Assembly: GCF_009914755.1 (NCBI RefSeq)
Contig: NC_060930.1
DNA from: the human T2T-CHM13v2.0 reference genome, Homo sapiens
Length of the DNA: 64,000 bases
Direction: 5' to 3' (one strand)
Each line of letters begins with the position of its first letter. The first letter of the stretch is position 1. Shown piece by piece: positions 14,021 through 28,016 of the stretch. A program made the position numbers and the translations under genes. Below the pieces are notes generated by a model. It saw only the letters and a program-made list of their open reading frames with translations. It made no database searches and was not told where the DNA came from.

Positions 14021-15169
14021 CATTGGCCCAACCTCCACCCCTTGCCCTCCACCCCCATTCCTGAAAAGACCAGAGCTAGGGGAATGCTGTTTTTCAGTTT
14101 CCAAGGCAGAATCAAGAGTTGTTGCATTCTTTAAGAACAAATGCAATCTGCTGTCAGAGCACAGCCAATAACTCTCCTTCTGGGGCAGTCATTATAATGC
14201 ATTCGCTCCCTCTCACTCCCTCTCCCTCCCTGTCATCCCCACATTCACCTGCCACATGCTGAAATATTGTCTAAGTGTAAACACTTTGGTCTTTGCCTAG
14301 GATCTCATAAAGAGGTGGTCCTGTTCATGCTGTAGCAAAAGCACCCAGAGCCTGCCTGATTCAGAAGGGAGCCCTGACTGTGAGCTAAACCTCATCTTGC
14401 ACAAAGGGCCTGCTGCTCCCCACAGCAAAGCCCTGCCGGGCTGTGGGCCACAAGAAGCATCAAGAAGAAACTATAAAGAACCACCTGCTGTGTTTCTAAC
14501 CACTAGGTCCTCATGTGCAAAAACCATATTGCTCATTTCATGCAGGGGATCCAAAATGACTGTGGGACTGCATGTGGCTTTGTGGTCTCCTGAGACCTGG
14601 CCCCGGGCTCACTCTCATGATTTCCCGGTGCTTCTCTCATGAAAGTGCCCAAGTGTCAGGGCAGATAAGGAGAGGGCGGGGGCCGTGGGGCTGTGCTGTT
14701 GCTCCTTGGAAAAATCCACAGTCAGAGATGCTCTGAAGCTCGGAAGGCCTCTGGACGGAGGCTGGCATCTGGCTTTCACGCTTGCAGCCCTGGGCCTTGC
14801 TGCACAGTCAAGTACCCATGGTTTGGAGTTGCAGCTTTCTCTATTGGTTATTAAGGTGAGAGTTCCATTTGTCCTGCTTGTTTTTTTTTTCCCCCTAAAT
14901 GTTTTATTAAAATATGGAAAGGAAAAGAAAGTCGAGTGGATCACTTTAAAAGCTTAGAAGAGTCCTGCCATTTTGATAGCAGAGGACACTTCCAATGTCG
15001 GAAGAACAGAAGTCTGTGGGTGCCCCAGCCCCAGCAGGGGCTCCTCCTCTTCTGATGGTGATGGGGCAGCTGTGACCCCTGCAACCCTCAGTGTGTGCAG
15101 ACCCCTCTTCCCCTCCCAGGGCCCCTCCCAGTGCTGAGGAGCCAGGCTGCTCCTCTCCTGTTCCCTGGA

Positions 15170-16540
15170 TGCCCACCATTTCATTTGTGTGCTCAGCAGC
15201 ATTTTCATCAAGTCCCAACCCTACATCAAGGCTGGGAACATGATGACAGTGAGGGGAAAGAGAAGTTTAACAGCTGTCACAGAGCTCACCAAGTCTAGGA
15301 AGGAAGACCAACACTAATCACAGAATTAGACAAATCAAAGTAAAATTATAACTGTGCCACGTGCCAAAGCAATGAGGCACATGGTACCATGAAAGCATGT
15401 AACAGAGGGCCTGCCCTAGTGAGGCTTCCCTAGGAAGTGTGACTGAGCTGACTCACGGAAGAGCAGGCAAAGAGGGGAGATGCCAATTCCAGGCAGAGGG
15501 GACAGATGTGCTAAGGTCCTGTGGCAAGAGGGAGTGTGGGCCTCTAGGGAACTGAAATAAGGCCAGTGATGATAGAAATGGGAGACTGAAGGGAGTGTGC
15601 TATAATCTGAGACCAGAGGGGGACAGATCAGGTAGAACAATGGAAAGTCTTTGAAGTATCTGAAGCAGTCACGCAAAATAATCAGATTTGCATTTTTAAA
15701 AAGTCACTATTGGCTGCAGCAGAGAACAAAATAGAATGAAATGGTAGAGATGGGTTAAGAGGTTACTGCTTGGACCAGAGGTAGCAGCTGTGCAGATGGG
15801 GAAGGAAACAGGCATCAGAGCTCTTTCTGAAGAAGGGTCACCAAGGCAGCAAGGCTAGGCAGTGGATTCGATGCGGTGGGGAGGGAGAAGGTGGTGTTAA
15901 GAAATATATGTGGGTTTTGGCTTCATAACTGGTTATGTAGTAGGAGGGGGATCAAATTTGAGGAAAGACAACGAACACGTTCAGACATGTTGAGTTTGAG
16001 ATGCATAGAAACATACAGGTTGTGGAGTCAGAGGCAGTTGGATGTCTGGGAATCATTTCATCTATAATCAAATTCTATTTTATTTTTTTCTGCTAGAGAT
16101 ACAAAATAGATAATTACTGAGAAAAAAAACTGGGGAAACTTTCCACACACATAATTTGTGTCTAGAAACATAGAAACAAACATTTCTTTAGAATGTACAA
16201 AATGATTCCACATACAATCTGTTATGGTAGAAAGCCTTCTAAAATGGACCTGGTGCAAGAAATCCTAGTTGAAGTCCTAGTGACAGGAGCTCTGGACTAG
16301 AAACCTCATTTATGGTAGAGGTGGCTACCAAAGCCCTCGGCATGGTGAGTTCACACAGGCAGCAATTACAGAATGGGAGGAGACAAGAACGGGATGGTGG
16401 ATGGGAGGAACTCCAGTAGTTAATGAGCCTGCCAAAGAGGCTAAGAGGAGCTTGTAGAGAATTAGAGACAAGGCAGGAGAACGTCAGGTCTCTGAAGTTA
16501 ATGGGAAAGAAGTGTTTAATGAAGAAGAGGACTTTGCTTA
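15170..16540 (-). mobile_element. L2 LINE fragment interrupted by a non-L2 insert (16050-16265)
   Basis: Purine-rich L2 motifs 'aatcagatttgcattttta...tcact', 'gacatgttgagtttgag', 'gaggcagttggat'. Confidence 0.75.
16050..16265 (+). repeat. ~215-bp direct copy of 18013-18227
   Basis: atttcatctataatcaa...tggtgcaagaaatc; about 11 substitutions plus a few small indels. Confidence 0.95.
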
Positions 16541-16549
16541 TGCCCATGA

Positions 16550-16950
16550 TAGACTAACAGGGACCAGATTTGCCTGCCTTCTTTAAACAGCTACTAAAAC
16601 AGACAAGGTATATCCAACGATGATTCTCAGACATTCAACCATGGTTTTCAGGCAGCACAGGACAGTGATCCCTGAGAGAAGAGAAATAAATGAGGTGTGT
16701 CTCCTGCAATTGACACAGCCAGCTGTCTGAGAGTTTCCAGGTGCCAGCCAGGGAGGGAGGAGCAACAGAGCTTGATGGTCTTCCTGGGTCAAGGAGAAAG
16801 AAGTGAGAGTTTGGGGAGACCAATTTATTCTCTCCTCTGTCTTCTTCCAGAGAGCTTTGAAACCTGTGATCACACTGAGCTGTCCCTGGGGCCTGGAACT
16901 AGCTGCAAACAGCCTCATGAGTGGGTGAAAACATGGCAGGCAGCCTAGGT
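16550..16950 (+). mobile_element. Old L1M 5'-end fragment
   Basis: 'taacagggaccagattt...ggacagtgatccctgagag...aaatgaggtg' resembles the L1MC/MD 5' UTR. Confidence 0.6.
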
Positions 16951-19289
16951 GGGAGAAGTGATAGAGGGGCCCATTCTGCCTGGAGAGTGCAGGTCCATGG
17001 GGGAAAGGAGGGTCAGCCTTCCAGGTGTGGAAGGACTGGGTACAGGGGTGATGCAGGCTGAGTGGAATCTCAGGGTCTTCAGGACTGCCAGGGTCCTAGC
17101 CAGGGCAGTCACCTACTTCTCCGCCGACTGGTGGCTGCTCTTACTCAAGTTTGTCTTTGGAGAAACTTGTCTGGAGTTCAACACACCTGTTTGTTAACTT
17201 CATGGTAAGAAACAGCTGAAAGAAGCCCACCCACCAGGCCTGGAAGTCCAGCTCTGTGGGAGAGACATGGCTACCATTTTGTCCAACATTTGTTATCCAA
17301 ATCACTGTGTCTTGTTTTAGTCTATGCAGTCCCCAAGCTGACCCCATCCTTGCATACCTCAGAGGCGGTGACAGGCCAAAGGCCTCCTTTCTTTGGTGTC
17401 AGTCATTAGTTAGGACCAACATCCTTATACAGAGGCAGTGATCCCCAAATCAATCTGCCCAAGAGCCTGAGGTGTAGGTGCCAAAGACCTAGTGCTGCCA
17501 GCAGCAGCCCACAGAGCCACGAAGTCACACAGACCGGAGGGAAAAGCAAAGCCGAATCTCCACCCAGAAAGTCAGCTCTAAGAGTGGGCCAGGGGCTGTT
17601 CACTCCCAGCCATTCTGGAGCCTGGCCAGGTGAGGCAGCTCCGGCAGGCCAAGAGAGGATGGGGCTGAGGAAGTGATGGGAAGTGAGACCCAGGACCATG
17701 CCAAGCTCTGCCACCATGCCTACATTGTGATGCTGAACTAACTACAATTCTGGTTAGTGATGTGTGTGTGTTTCCTCGAGAGCAGCTCAATTCAGTGGGG
17801 AGAAAGGCTCTATGATGTTCACATAATGTTCATCACCCACTATATTAGTGTCTGAATTTCTACCCAGAACACTTGTGCCTGTCAGACAAGACAGCAGTTC
17901 AATTAGCCTCCAAATGTCACAATTTCTAGTAATTACAGTCATGCACAAACAATAGAAAAAGCACAACAATGGGTCTGATTTGAAACATTAACTTTCAAAA
18001 ATGCTCACAAATGAATGATTTCATCTATAATCAACTTCTATTTTATTTTTTTCTCCTAGAGATAGAAAATAGATAATTACTGAGAAAAGAATTGGGGAAA
18101 CTTTCCACACACATAATTTGTGTCTGGAAACATAGAAACAAACATTCTTTGGAATGTACAAAATGATTCCACATACAATCTGTTATCCTTGTAGAAAACC
18201 TTCTAAAATGGATTTGGTGCAAGAAATCTGAGTGGAAAAACAGCTGTGGTTTCAGGCATGTCAAACCTGAAATATGCATGTATGCATGTGTGGGTGTATG
18301 TGTATGCTCCCCATAATAGGACCCTGTTCTCCTCACTCTCTATGTAACCCACGCATAAGTGGGCATGAAATGATTAAATAACAAAACCCCAAGCTGCGGT
18401 ACCCAAGGAGAATATCTGATAGAGCAACATTAAAAAGTAGCATAGAGTCAGCGACTGCTATGCAGTGGGAAGACTTGGTAACTATAGCAACTTGCTTTAG
18501 AAGTTGTTCTTTCCCTGCCAAAAATCAGGTAAGCCTTGTCAGCACTCCCACTGACACACCACAGGGAGACAGAAGCTATTCAAGAGAGGCAGCAGGCCAG
18601 CCACACAAAGGGCACATGAAGGAAAGTAAACCTTCTTAAGTTTCTGCACTACATGGGTCTATGGGGGAGCAAATTATGAACAAGAACGAGTAGTACAACT
18701 GAAGAAGGCTGAACATAGAGGATTTTTGAACTCTTGAAACAGAATGACAATTATGTGTAATGACTACATCAGCCCAGTTGTGACCATTCTAATATAAACT
18801 GGCATGGAGCACAGGAAAAGATCAGCACACAATCAGGAACCAGGATGAGTTATTAATAGGACCCAGACAGGGTACGGGTATTTCCTTCAGGCTCCTAGAA
18901 AAGGCTTCACCAAGTCCACAGAAAGGAGGACCGGAGTTAACACTAGTTACCCACCATATATAGTTAGATTTTGTAGTTGGCAGCAATTTTTTTTTTAAGT
19001 TTAACTTAGTAAACTGCATAGTTGATCCCATAGAAGAATCTCAGTTCTTCTCATCGAATGCTTTATATTAAAAATCCTGGAGCAAATACAATTAGAGGAA
19101 CGTTGCTATGCCAGGTGAACCTCAGTGACCTTCGGCAATCCAGTCTCTGAAGTTGGCAGAAGGTAGGCATCTCTCACACTGAATTGGTGTACTGTATTGG
19201 ACACGGCCTGAGGCTCAGCTCATGCATCTTGCTGCAGCACTCAGTGCAGCTGATTACTGCCTCCTCGTCAAACATTCCCTCCGTGCGAC

Positions 19290-20620
19290 TTCAGGAGAAC
19301 TCACTCTCTTGTTTTCCTCCGACCCCACCAAGGCTTTTGCTCCCTTCTGTTTGTAGGATCTTCCTTCTATTGCCCAACTCTAGATGACCTAAGTCTTTGA
19401 AGTCTTCCTCTTCCATTTCCTGCATGGACTCTTTTAATGTCATGGTTCTCACTACCTCTGCATACTGATGACTCCTATTAATATCTGTAGCTCTGGACGG
19501 GTGCGGTGGCTCATGCCTGTAATCCCAGCACTTTGAGAGGCCGAAGTGGGTGGATCACTTGAGGTCAGGAGTTCGAGACCAGCCGACCAACATGGTGAAA
19601 CCCTGTCTCTACTGAAAAAATACAAAATTAGCCGGGTATGGTGGCACACACTTGAAATCCCAGATATTTCAGGGGCTGAGGCAGGAGAATCAATTGAACC
19701 CAGGAAGCAGAGGTTGTAGTGAACTGAGATTGCACCACTGTACTCCATATTGGGCAACAAGAGGGAAACTCTGTCTCAAAAAAAAAAAACCAAAAAAATC
19801 TGCAGCTCTTGGACTCAAGACTGCTATAGCTGACCTCCCTCTCATTATGTCCGCATGGATGTCTAACAGGCGTCACAAACACAGCATGCCCCAAACTGTC
19901 TTCTCTTAGTAGACAGGTGGTTCCACCATGAAAGTACTTCCCAAATCGGAGCCCTCCAACTCTGCTCCTCAGCCCCTGTCTGCCCCTAGCCAACACTGGA
20001 TTGCTCCTGTGGCCTCCTGAGTTCCCTGCCTTTGCCCTTGCCCTTTTCTATAGTCTATTCTCCATATCACAGCCAGGTTCTTTTAAAAATACAAATCAGA
20101 TCCCATCACTACCTTGTTCAAAAACTTCCCTTGTTTTTGTGTCACAGGAGGAATAAAAACCAGAGTTCTTGCCGCAGCCACTGAGCATGAGCAGGTGTGC
20201 TTCCTCTTCAATTCCCTACCCTCTCCTCTTGGCTCACTCTGCTCCTGATGTACGGGCCTTCTCTGCTGCTTCAAACATGACTGCAGAGCCTCACACTTGC
20301 TGTTATCTCTGCTTGGAATACCTGGAATCACTCATTCCCTTTATCCCAGTTTCTGTTTTCTCCTTAGAGAGAACCACTCTGCCTATTTTATTTAACAACC
20401 CCCACTCCTACATTCCATTCTATTCCTTTATCCTGTTTTATTTTTCTTTGCCACACTAGTCACTGCCTATATTATCATAGGTAATTTGTCTCCCTCAGTA
20501 GAATGTGAGGTTTATAAAAACAGGGACTTTTTGTTGTTGTTCACTGCTTCCCCCTAGGACACATGAATGGTGCCTGGCACATGGTGGGTGATCAGCAAAT
20601 ATCTGTTAATGAATGAATAA
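19290..20620 (+). mobile_element. L2 LINE with an inserted Alu
   Basis: Pyrimidine-rich L2 body ending 'tgcctggcacatggt...aaatatctgttaatgaatgaat'. Confidence 0.8.
19495..19790 (+). mobile_element. AluS with target-site duplication
   Basis: Full dimer; TSD atctg(t/c)agctct on both sides. Confidence 0.95.
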
Positions 20621-21089
20621 ACACACACATAAAGAAAACAACTGTATTTTTGTGTAACACATTGGCTGTGACATATAATGGTGCAGCAGTTTTTAAACTT
20701 CTTTTGATTTCGTTGCTAAATGGTCTGGTTTCTTTAACAAATCAGGTGATAAAATAAATCATACTGCCAGAGAATTAACATTTGGGGTTAAACATGGCTA
20801 TTCCATTCCTTTTCTATAAAAGAGATTTCAGAAATGTAGCTAATAGAGGAGTCTGAATAGAATTAGAAGTAGGATTTTAGACCTGGAAGAGTCTTCTCCC
20901 TATATCCTCCTCCCCAAGAGCAAATATAAACTGTGCCTTCCAAACTGTGTGAGTTAGGAGGAACCTGTCCTAAGCTCATTCACAAAGGCATCCTAATACA
21001 GGTGCTTTTCTCAGAGGACTTCTCTTTCTAGTTGCTAAAAATAAATAAATAAAATTCCCTCTATATCATTACAGAATTTTAAATATTAA

Positions 21090-22500
21090 CTACCATGTAC
21101 TGAGCATTAACAATATGCCACCTGTTTGATATTCACTTGTTTAATCCTCACGGCAACCTTGTGAGGTGGTACTGTTAGCAGTCCCATTTCACAGATGAGA
21201 AAATGAAAGCACAGAGAGGCTAAATGACTTGTCCAAGGTTACAAAGCTAGTAAGATGTATAGCTGGGATTCAAGTCAAGGAGGTTTGATTTCAACATTCA
21301 TGCTCTTCATCACCTGCGTAGTCTCTCTGTACTTAGCTACAAGAGGCATTATAGACCACTAAGTTCAAATGCCTCATTTTAACAATGAAAACCCTAAGGA
21401 AATGAAAAGTTGGGTGACTTGACTGAGGTCACACAGTAGGTAATAGATGAATGGTGGGAGGTGGGAGTGGGAGGTCCAGGTCCATGTTCCCTGCTCTTCC
21501 CAGTTGGCTTGAAATATCCCAATGAGAGATTATTGCCCCTGGAGAGTGGCTGGTAAAGAAGTTTTATGATGGAACCAGTCCTAACTACTAACTGCTAAAC
21601 ATAGGGCCAATGGAGCATTCTATAAAAGTGGCTAAGATTAAACAAAGCAAATATTTGGAACTCTATCTTAGCTCAGTTTAAGAGGCAAAGAATGTCTTTT
21701 GTATTTGTAATATTTTTTTCCTTTTTACTTCTTTCATTATAAGGTAGTGTCTGGTGTCTACTTAGAAAGTACATTTAACTAAGTTTCATTCTGTTGTTTT
21801 CATGTATAATGAGTGATTATACATCTTCTAAACTTGGTGCAGACTATACTCTCTCTGTTTCTTAATTTTGTTACATTCACAGACTACTTTGTGTTGCCCA
21901 GATGGAGTCTTAGCTCTAAATAGCATTGCCGGACACACTCTGATGTTACCATACCCAAATATACAAGGTGAAATATGAGACCCTGAGCAAGTCACTTATT
22001 TCCTCTGGGCTACGGTTTCCTCATCTTTAACTCAAGGGAATGGAGTTAGATGGTGTCCATCTTACTCTGTGGTGCCTTCTAATTCTATACACAGAATAAT
22101 AACCATAGTCATAAGTAACACTTATTTAACTATTACCAGGCACTGTGATAAGTGATTTATGTGCATTTCCCTTTAAATCCTCACAGCATCACTAAAAAGG
22201 GGGTACTACTATTGCCCCAATTTTACAGATGAAAAAGCTAAAGCTTAGAGAGGTTAAGAAACTTGCCCAAGGCTACATACACAGCAAGTGAGTAGCAGAG
22301 CTGGGATGCAAAGGCTGGCAGTCCACCCCAGATCCTATACTCCTAACCACTATGAGGTGGGAAGGTGCTCTTTCACAAAACCATGGAGAGCAGAGGCACC
22401 CACAGAGCACTTTCCATTATAGTACAGATGGAGAAATGAGAGCCAAGAGAATTTGAGTGGCTTGTCCAAAGACACATTGCCAGGCAGTGGTAGAGCTGAC
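21090..22500. mobile_element. Cluster of MIR fragments
   Basis: Repeated MIR cores 'cccatttcacagatgagaaaa', 'ttttacagatgaaaaagc', 'acttgcccaagg'. Confidence 0.75.
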
Positions 22501-22644
22501 ATGAATTCTCTTCTGGGCTATTTACTATGGCTGTTTGGCTGTTCTATCAGGTGGACTCTGGAGAATGGTCGTCTCCTCAATCAACAAGCTTCTGATTAGA
22601 TTCTAGGCTTGGTTTATTCATCTTTTGTCCAGGAACAAAGTAAA

Positions 22645-24450
22645 AATAGATTTTGGCAATCAAGAACACAATCCCATTTACAGTGGCCACAAGAAAAATA
22701 AAATAAAATGCCCAGGAATACATCTAACCAAGAAAGTGAAAGATCTCTACAAGGAGAACTATAAAAGACTGCTAAAAAAATCAGAGATGACACAAACAAA
22801 TAGAAAAACACTCCATGCTCATGGATGGAAAGAATCAGTATCATTAAAACAGACTTACTACCCAAAGTAATCTGGAGATTCAACGCTATTCCTATCAAGC
22901 CAGTAATATGAGTTTTCACAGAACTAGAAAAAACTATTCTAAAATTCCTATGGAAATAAAAAAGATCCTAAATAGCCAAAGCAATCCGAAGCAAAGAGAA
23001 CAAAACTGGAGGCATCACATTTCCTGACTTCAAACTATACTATAAGGCTGCAGTAACCAAAAAGCATGGTACTGGTACAAAAACAGACACACAGGCCAAT
23101 GGAACAGAATAGAGAACTGAGAAATAAGGCCACACACCTACAGCCGTCTGATCTTTGACAAAGTTGACAAAAGTAAGCAACAGGGAAAGAACTCCTATTC
23201 AATAAATGGTGCTGGGATAGCTGCCTAGCTATACGAAGGATGGCTGGGTTTTACAAGGACCCCTACCTTTCATCATATATAAAAAGTAACTCAGGATGGA
23301 TTAAGAACCTAAACATAAGACCTGAAACTATATGAATCCTAGAAGAAAACCTAGGAAACAGCATTCTGGACATTAGCCTTGGGAAAGAATTTATGACTAA
23401 GTTCTCAAAAGCCACTGCAACAAAAACAAAAACTGATACATGGGACCTAATTAAACTAAAGGGCTTCTGTACAGCAAGACAAACTATCAACAGAGTAAAC
23501 AGACAATCTACAGAATGGGAGAAAATATTCAAAAACTGCATCTGACAAAGATCTAATATCCAGAATCCATAAGGAACTTAAATCAACAAGCAGGAAAAAA
23601 AAAGTAACTCCATTAAAAATCAGCAAAAGACATGAACAGAAACCTCAAAAGATATACTAGTGGTGAACAAACATGAAAACATGCTCCACATCACTAATCA
23701 CCAGAGAAATACAAGCCAAAACCATGATGAGGTACTATCTCACACGAGTTATCCATGGCTATTATTAAAAAGTCAAAAACCTACAGATGCTGGTGAGACT
23801 GCAGAGAAAAGGGATGCTTCTACACTGTAGAGGGGAATGGAAATCAGCCCAGCTACTATGGAAAGCAGTTTGGAAATTTCTCAGATAACTTAAAACAGAA
23901 CTACCATTTGACCCAGCAATCCCATTAGTGGGTATATAACCAAAAGAAAATAAATCATTCTACCAAAAAGACACATGCACTCATATGTTCATTGCAGGAC
24001 TATTCTCAATAGCAAAGACATGGAATCAACCTAGTTGCCCATCAGTGGTGAATTGGATAAAGAAAATGTGGTACATACATACCATGGAATACTACACAGC
24101 CATAAAAAGGAACAAAATCATGTCCTTTAAGGCAACATGGATGCAGCTGGAGGCCATTATCCTAAGCAAATTAATGCAGAAACAGAAAACCAAATACCAC
24201 ATGTTCTCACTTATGAGATCTAAACAGTGGGTACTCATGGACATAAAGATGGGAACAACAGACACTGGGAACTACTAGAGCAGGGAGGGAGGTGGGCAAG
24301 GGTTGAAAAACTACTGGGCACTATGCTTAGGACCTGGGTGATGGGATCAATCATACTTCAAACCTCAGCATCACACAATATACCCAGGTAACACACCTGC
24401 ACATGTACCCACTGAATCAAAAAGTTGAAATTATTTTAAAAACTAAATAA
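22645..24450 (+). mobile_element. 5'-truncated L1PB-like LINE (ORF2 3' part and 3' UTR)
   Basis: ORF 23985..24278 resembles the ORF2 C-terminus (KTWNQP...WIKKMWYIHTMEYY); 3' end 'aacctcagcatcacacaatatacc...cctgcacatgtaccc'. Confidence 0.9.
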
Positions 24451-25011
24451 AATCCATGTTTCTACCAAGAAAATAAATTTTGGAAGTTTATGCATCTCCC
24501 ACACATTTGATTTATATTTTCATGATTGACTTAAGCTTGACCCTATGTGTCCTTTTTTCAAGAAAAATAAAATTTTATTTGCAATTTGGATTCAGAATTC
24601 ATTCTGGGTTTCACAAGGATCTCTTTGGTTGTCAATGTCATGTTCAGTGCTTCTCCACAGAACTTTACCCACAAGTCCACTGAAAGATGGTATACAGAAA
24701 GCTGAGGCTGAATTGAACTTAAAGTGCCTGCATCTTCTCCACAGGCTAAGCCTTAAAATAGTGTTTGTTCTCCATCACACTATCTACAGATTTTGAATTT
24801 AAGATCACTTTCAGATTAGGGCAATGATTCCCAACTCTGGCCAGACAATAGAATCATCTGAGGGACTTTTACAAAATGGTCATAATTTGGGACTCACCTA
24901 CCACTGAAACCACTGGAAGGTCAAATTCCATTGATGGCATTTGAGTGGGAACATGATATGGAAATATTATGTTTTAGGAATGTTGGTCAGGTTGCTATAT
25001 CCCTAATTGAG

Positions 25012-25017
<6 letters not shown>

Positions 25018-25063
<46 letters not shown>

Positions 25064-25190
25064 ATTATACTTTAAGTTCTAGGGTACATGTGCACAACGT
25101 GCAGGTTTGTTACATATGTATACATGTGCCATGTTGGTGTGCTGCACCCATTAACTCGTCATTTACATTAGGTATATCTCCTAATGCTAC
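25018..25190 (-). mobile_element. Short young L1PA 3' end with tail converted to (TA)n
   Basis: 'ttattatactttaagttctagggtacatgtgcacaacgtgcagg...' is near-consensus L1PA 3' end; (TA)~21 at 25019-25060. Confidence 0.9.
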
Positions 25191-27297
25191 AGTATTTTTT
25201 TTGACAGTCAGGTCTGCTGATGCTTAAACCTAGGTTGACAGAGTCCTGAATCATGGGTTCTCCCATGTACCTCATTCTTTCTTCCCATAGTTCCCTGGAG
25301 TTTACCTGACTTTCCTTTTTTGAAGTTCTCATTCCACATAGAACAGTTTGTAGAAAAGTATGTGTCCCAATACCATTCCCTGTTTCACTAATCTTGGAGA
25401 GAGATTTTATTCACGTGTCATAACACTCAAAAGGCACACAATATAGAGCCAAACACTACTAGCCTGTCTACTTCTCTGTCTTTCGGCCTCAGTTTTCCTC
25501 CCTGAAGTCACCACATTTCTAGTTCTTGAGGTGTTCTTGCAGAGCTGGGTTATGCACACACAAGCAAATGTTGCATATATGGATTAACTAAAATGATATC
25601 CTTTTAAGCACTGTTCAGTAATTTGCTTTTTCCCTTTTCTCTTCTATCCCTACAACTAAGCATGTAGGCCCTTCTTCTTCATTTAAGTATTTTTTAAGGA
25701 GAATGAAAAGGGCAATGACGAGAGTCCAGAAAGAGGATCCAGAACTGTAAAAGTTCTCACAGTGATATTTCTGAGGTCCTTGTACCTGAGAACTTCCTGC
25801 TTTTTCCCTTTTTCTCTACCTGAGGGTGTTATTCAATCTTATTTTCCTAACCCCTTTCAACCTTCTGAGTCCCTGACCCTATTCAGCATTTTTCTTCTGT
25901 CCTTTATTCATGATACTGACTCTCACTAGGAAGTGGGTCTGAATTTACAGTTAGGATGGAACAGTACTTATGAATAGCAAACCATTCAGGGACTTCCTAA
26001 CCTCATTTGGAAATTACACATCTCAGAGGAATTTATGGTCACCTTGAGCAACCTCTCAACACAGTAAGTTAAGCAAGGGTCTCAGTTATGATGTTAAGAG
26101 TTGGAATTCAAAGAAAGGGGTAAATAGGAAAAACAATGCAAGAGAAATGTGATGCAATTTGATAAATGACTAGGTTCAGGGAATGGAGAGAAAGAAGTGA
26201 ACTCTCTACGCCTTAGAATCAAGATTTTAAACTCAAGAGACTGAAAGAATGGTGGGATCACTATCAAACAAGACATTCTTTCAAAAGCTGCCTTTTTTTT
26301 TTGGTTGAATACTGTACACATCAGATTTTGGAGGCAGACCAAGCATGGGAAAATCTGTGGAGTAGCAGTTTGTCTCCAACCCTTTTCTGTACTTTTTCTG
26401 GCCCACCCTTCTCTCTGACTCCATGGGCCATTCTTCCACTGGATTGCCTGTCATCTAACTCTTGCTAAAGTGATGAACAGTATCAGGTGTGGGCTGATAA
26501 AGGCAAAAGTTGCATCCTGTCCCAGGGGTAGCTACAATTTAAAAGGAGAAATAAAGAAGACTTAAGACCAAAAAAAAAAAAATGCATCTACAAGAGTGGA
26601 ATTAATGTGTCCTAGTTAATTTTTTAGACAAGCTGGTAGACCTCAGATCACATGGTGGTTTGTTAATCACAAGGTTAATTCTGTTCTATTGGGACCACTT
26701 AATTCCAAAGCTTCTCTTGCCTGAACACAGACTATAGCCTACTGATAGGGTTTTAGGCCTATTATTCTGTGAAGCACAAAGTTACTCTGTAGCCATCCAT
26801 TCGGTTATTTTAAAATATAACAATAGAGGCTGAATAATATTCTTCTATATTTCCTGATAGTCTTTTTGGTGGAATTTTCTGTGGTCCAAATTGGCCTTCC
26901 CTTACTGGGACTATGTAACATTTAATATCTTGTTTAAAAAGAGAGAAAGCTTCATCATTACAACCAAAACTTTAATAAAGACACATGGCTCTTTTAAAAA
27001 GAAAACTGCCCACATTCCTAGTAAGTTGAACACAACTGAAACAGCTGATCTGTTATTATGGGCATGTACACTCAGACCAGAGCCAGGAACTCAGTAGTAC
27101 ACACATACAACAGTCACAAATTTAAATCCAGTTGAGTTTACCAGAGGTCCAGCTAACGTAGATATAAACTGCTTAACCTCCTCTAGGCATCTGACCTTGA
27201 AAATATTCACACTGAGAAGAAGCAGTATCACACAGTGGTGAAGAGCACAGGCACTGAAGCCAGGCTATTTGGGCTCAGATACTAGCTCTACCACTTA

Positions 27298-28016
27298 CAG
27301 CATTCCCCCTTATCCATGGGGGTACGTTCCAAGACCCCCCAGTGGATGCTGTAAACCAGATAGTACTGAACCCTATATATACTATGTTTTATCCTATACA
27401 GCCATATCTATGATAAAGTTTATGAATTAGGCACAAAGATTAACAACTACTTGTAAAATAGAATAAAAGTTATGTGAATGTAGTCTCTCTCCCAAAATAA
27501 GTTACTGTGCTAACTCTTCTTCTTGTGGTGATGTGAGATGATAAAATGCCTACGTGATGAAATAAAGTGAGGTGAACGACATAGGCATTGTGACATAGTG
27601 TGAGGCTACTACTGACCTTCTGCCAACACGTCAGAAGGCTCATCTGCTTCAGGGGATCCTGGATCACTGAGCCATGATGATGTCAGGATTTTGACATCAT
27701 CATGTCATCACCTGCTTCAGGTGATCCTGGATCATTGAGCCATGATGATCCATGGCTGGATGTCAGGAGCAGCTCATGATATTAATGGCCAGGTAGTGTA
27801 TCCAGCATGAATACGCTGGATAAAGGGATGATTGATGTGCTGTGTTGGACAAAGAGGGGTGGCACAAGATTGCATCACGCTACTCAGAACAGTGCATAAT
27901 TTAAAACTCATGAATTGTTTATTTCTGGAATTTTCCATATACCTGTATTATTATTTCTGGACTGCAGGTAACTGAAACCTCAGAAAGCAAAACTGTGGAT
28001 AAGGGAGGACTACCGT
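27298..28016 (+). mobile_element. MER44 (TcMar-Tigger) element inserted in a MIR
   Basis: Terminal inverted repeats 'cccccttatcca'/'tggataagggagg', TA flanks, MER44 internal motifs; MIR continues on both sides (27220-28190). Confidence 0.85.

Noticed and set aside
16643-16668. REST/NRSE-like half sites (cagcac...ggacag)
   Set aside because: Non-canonical spacing and located in an L1 5'-UTR remnant.
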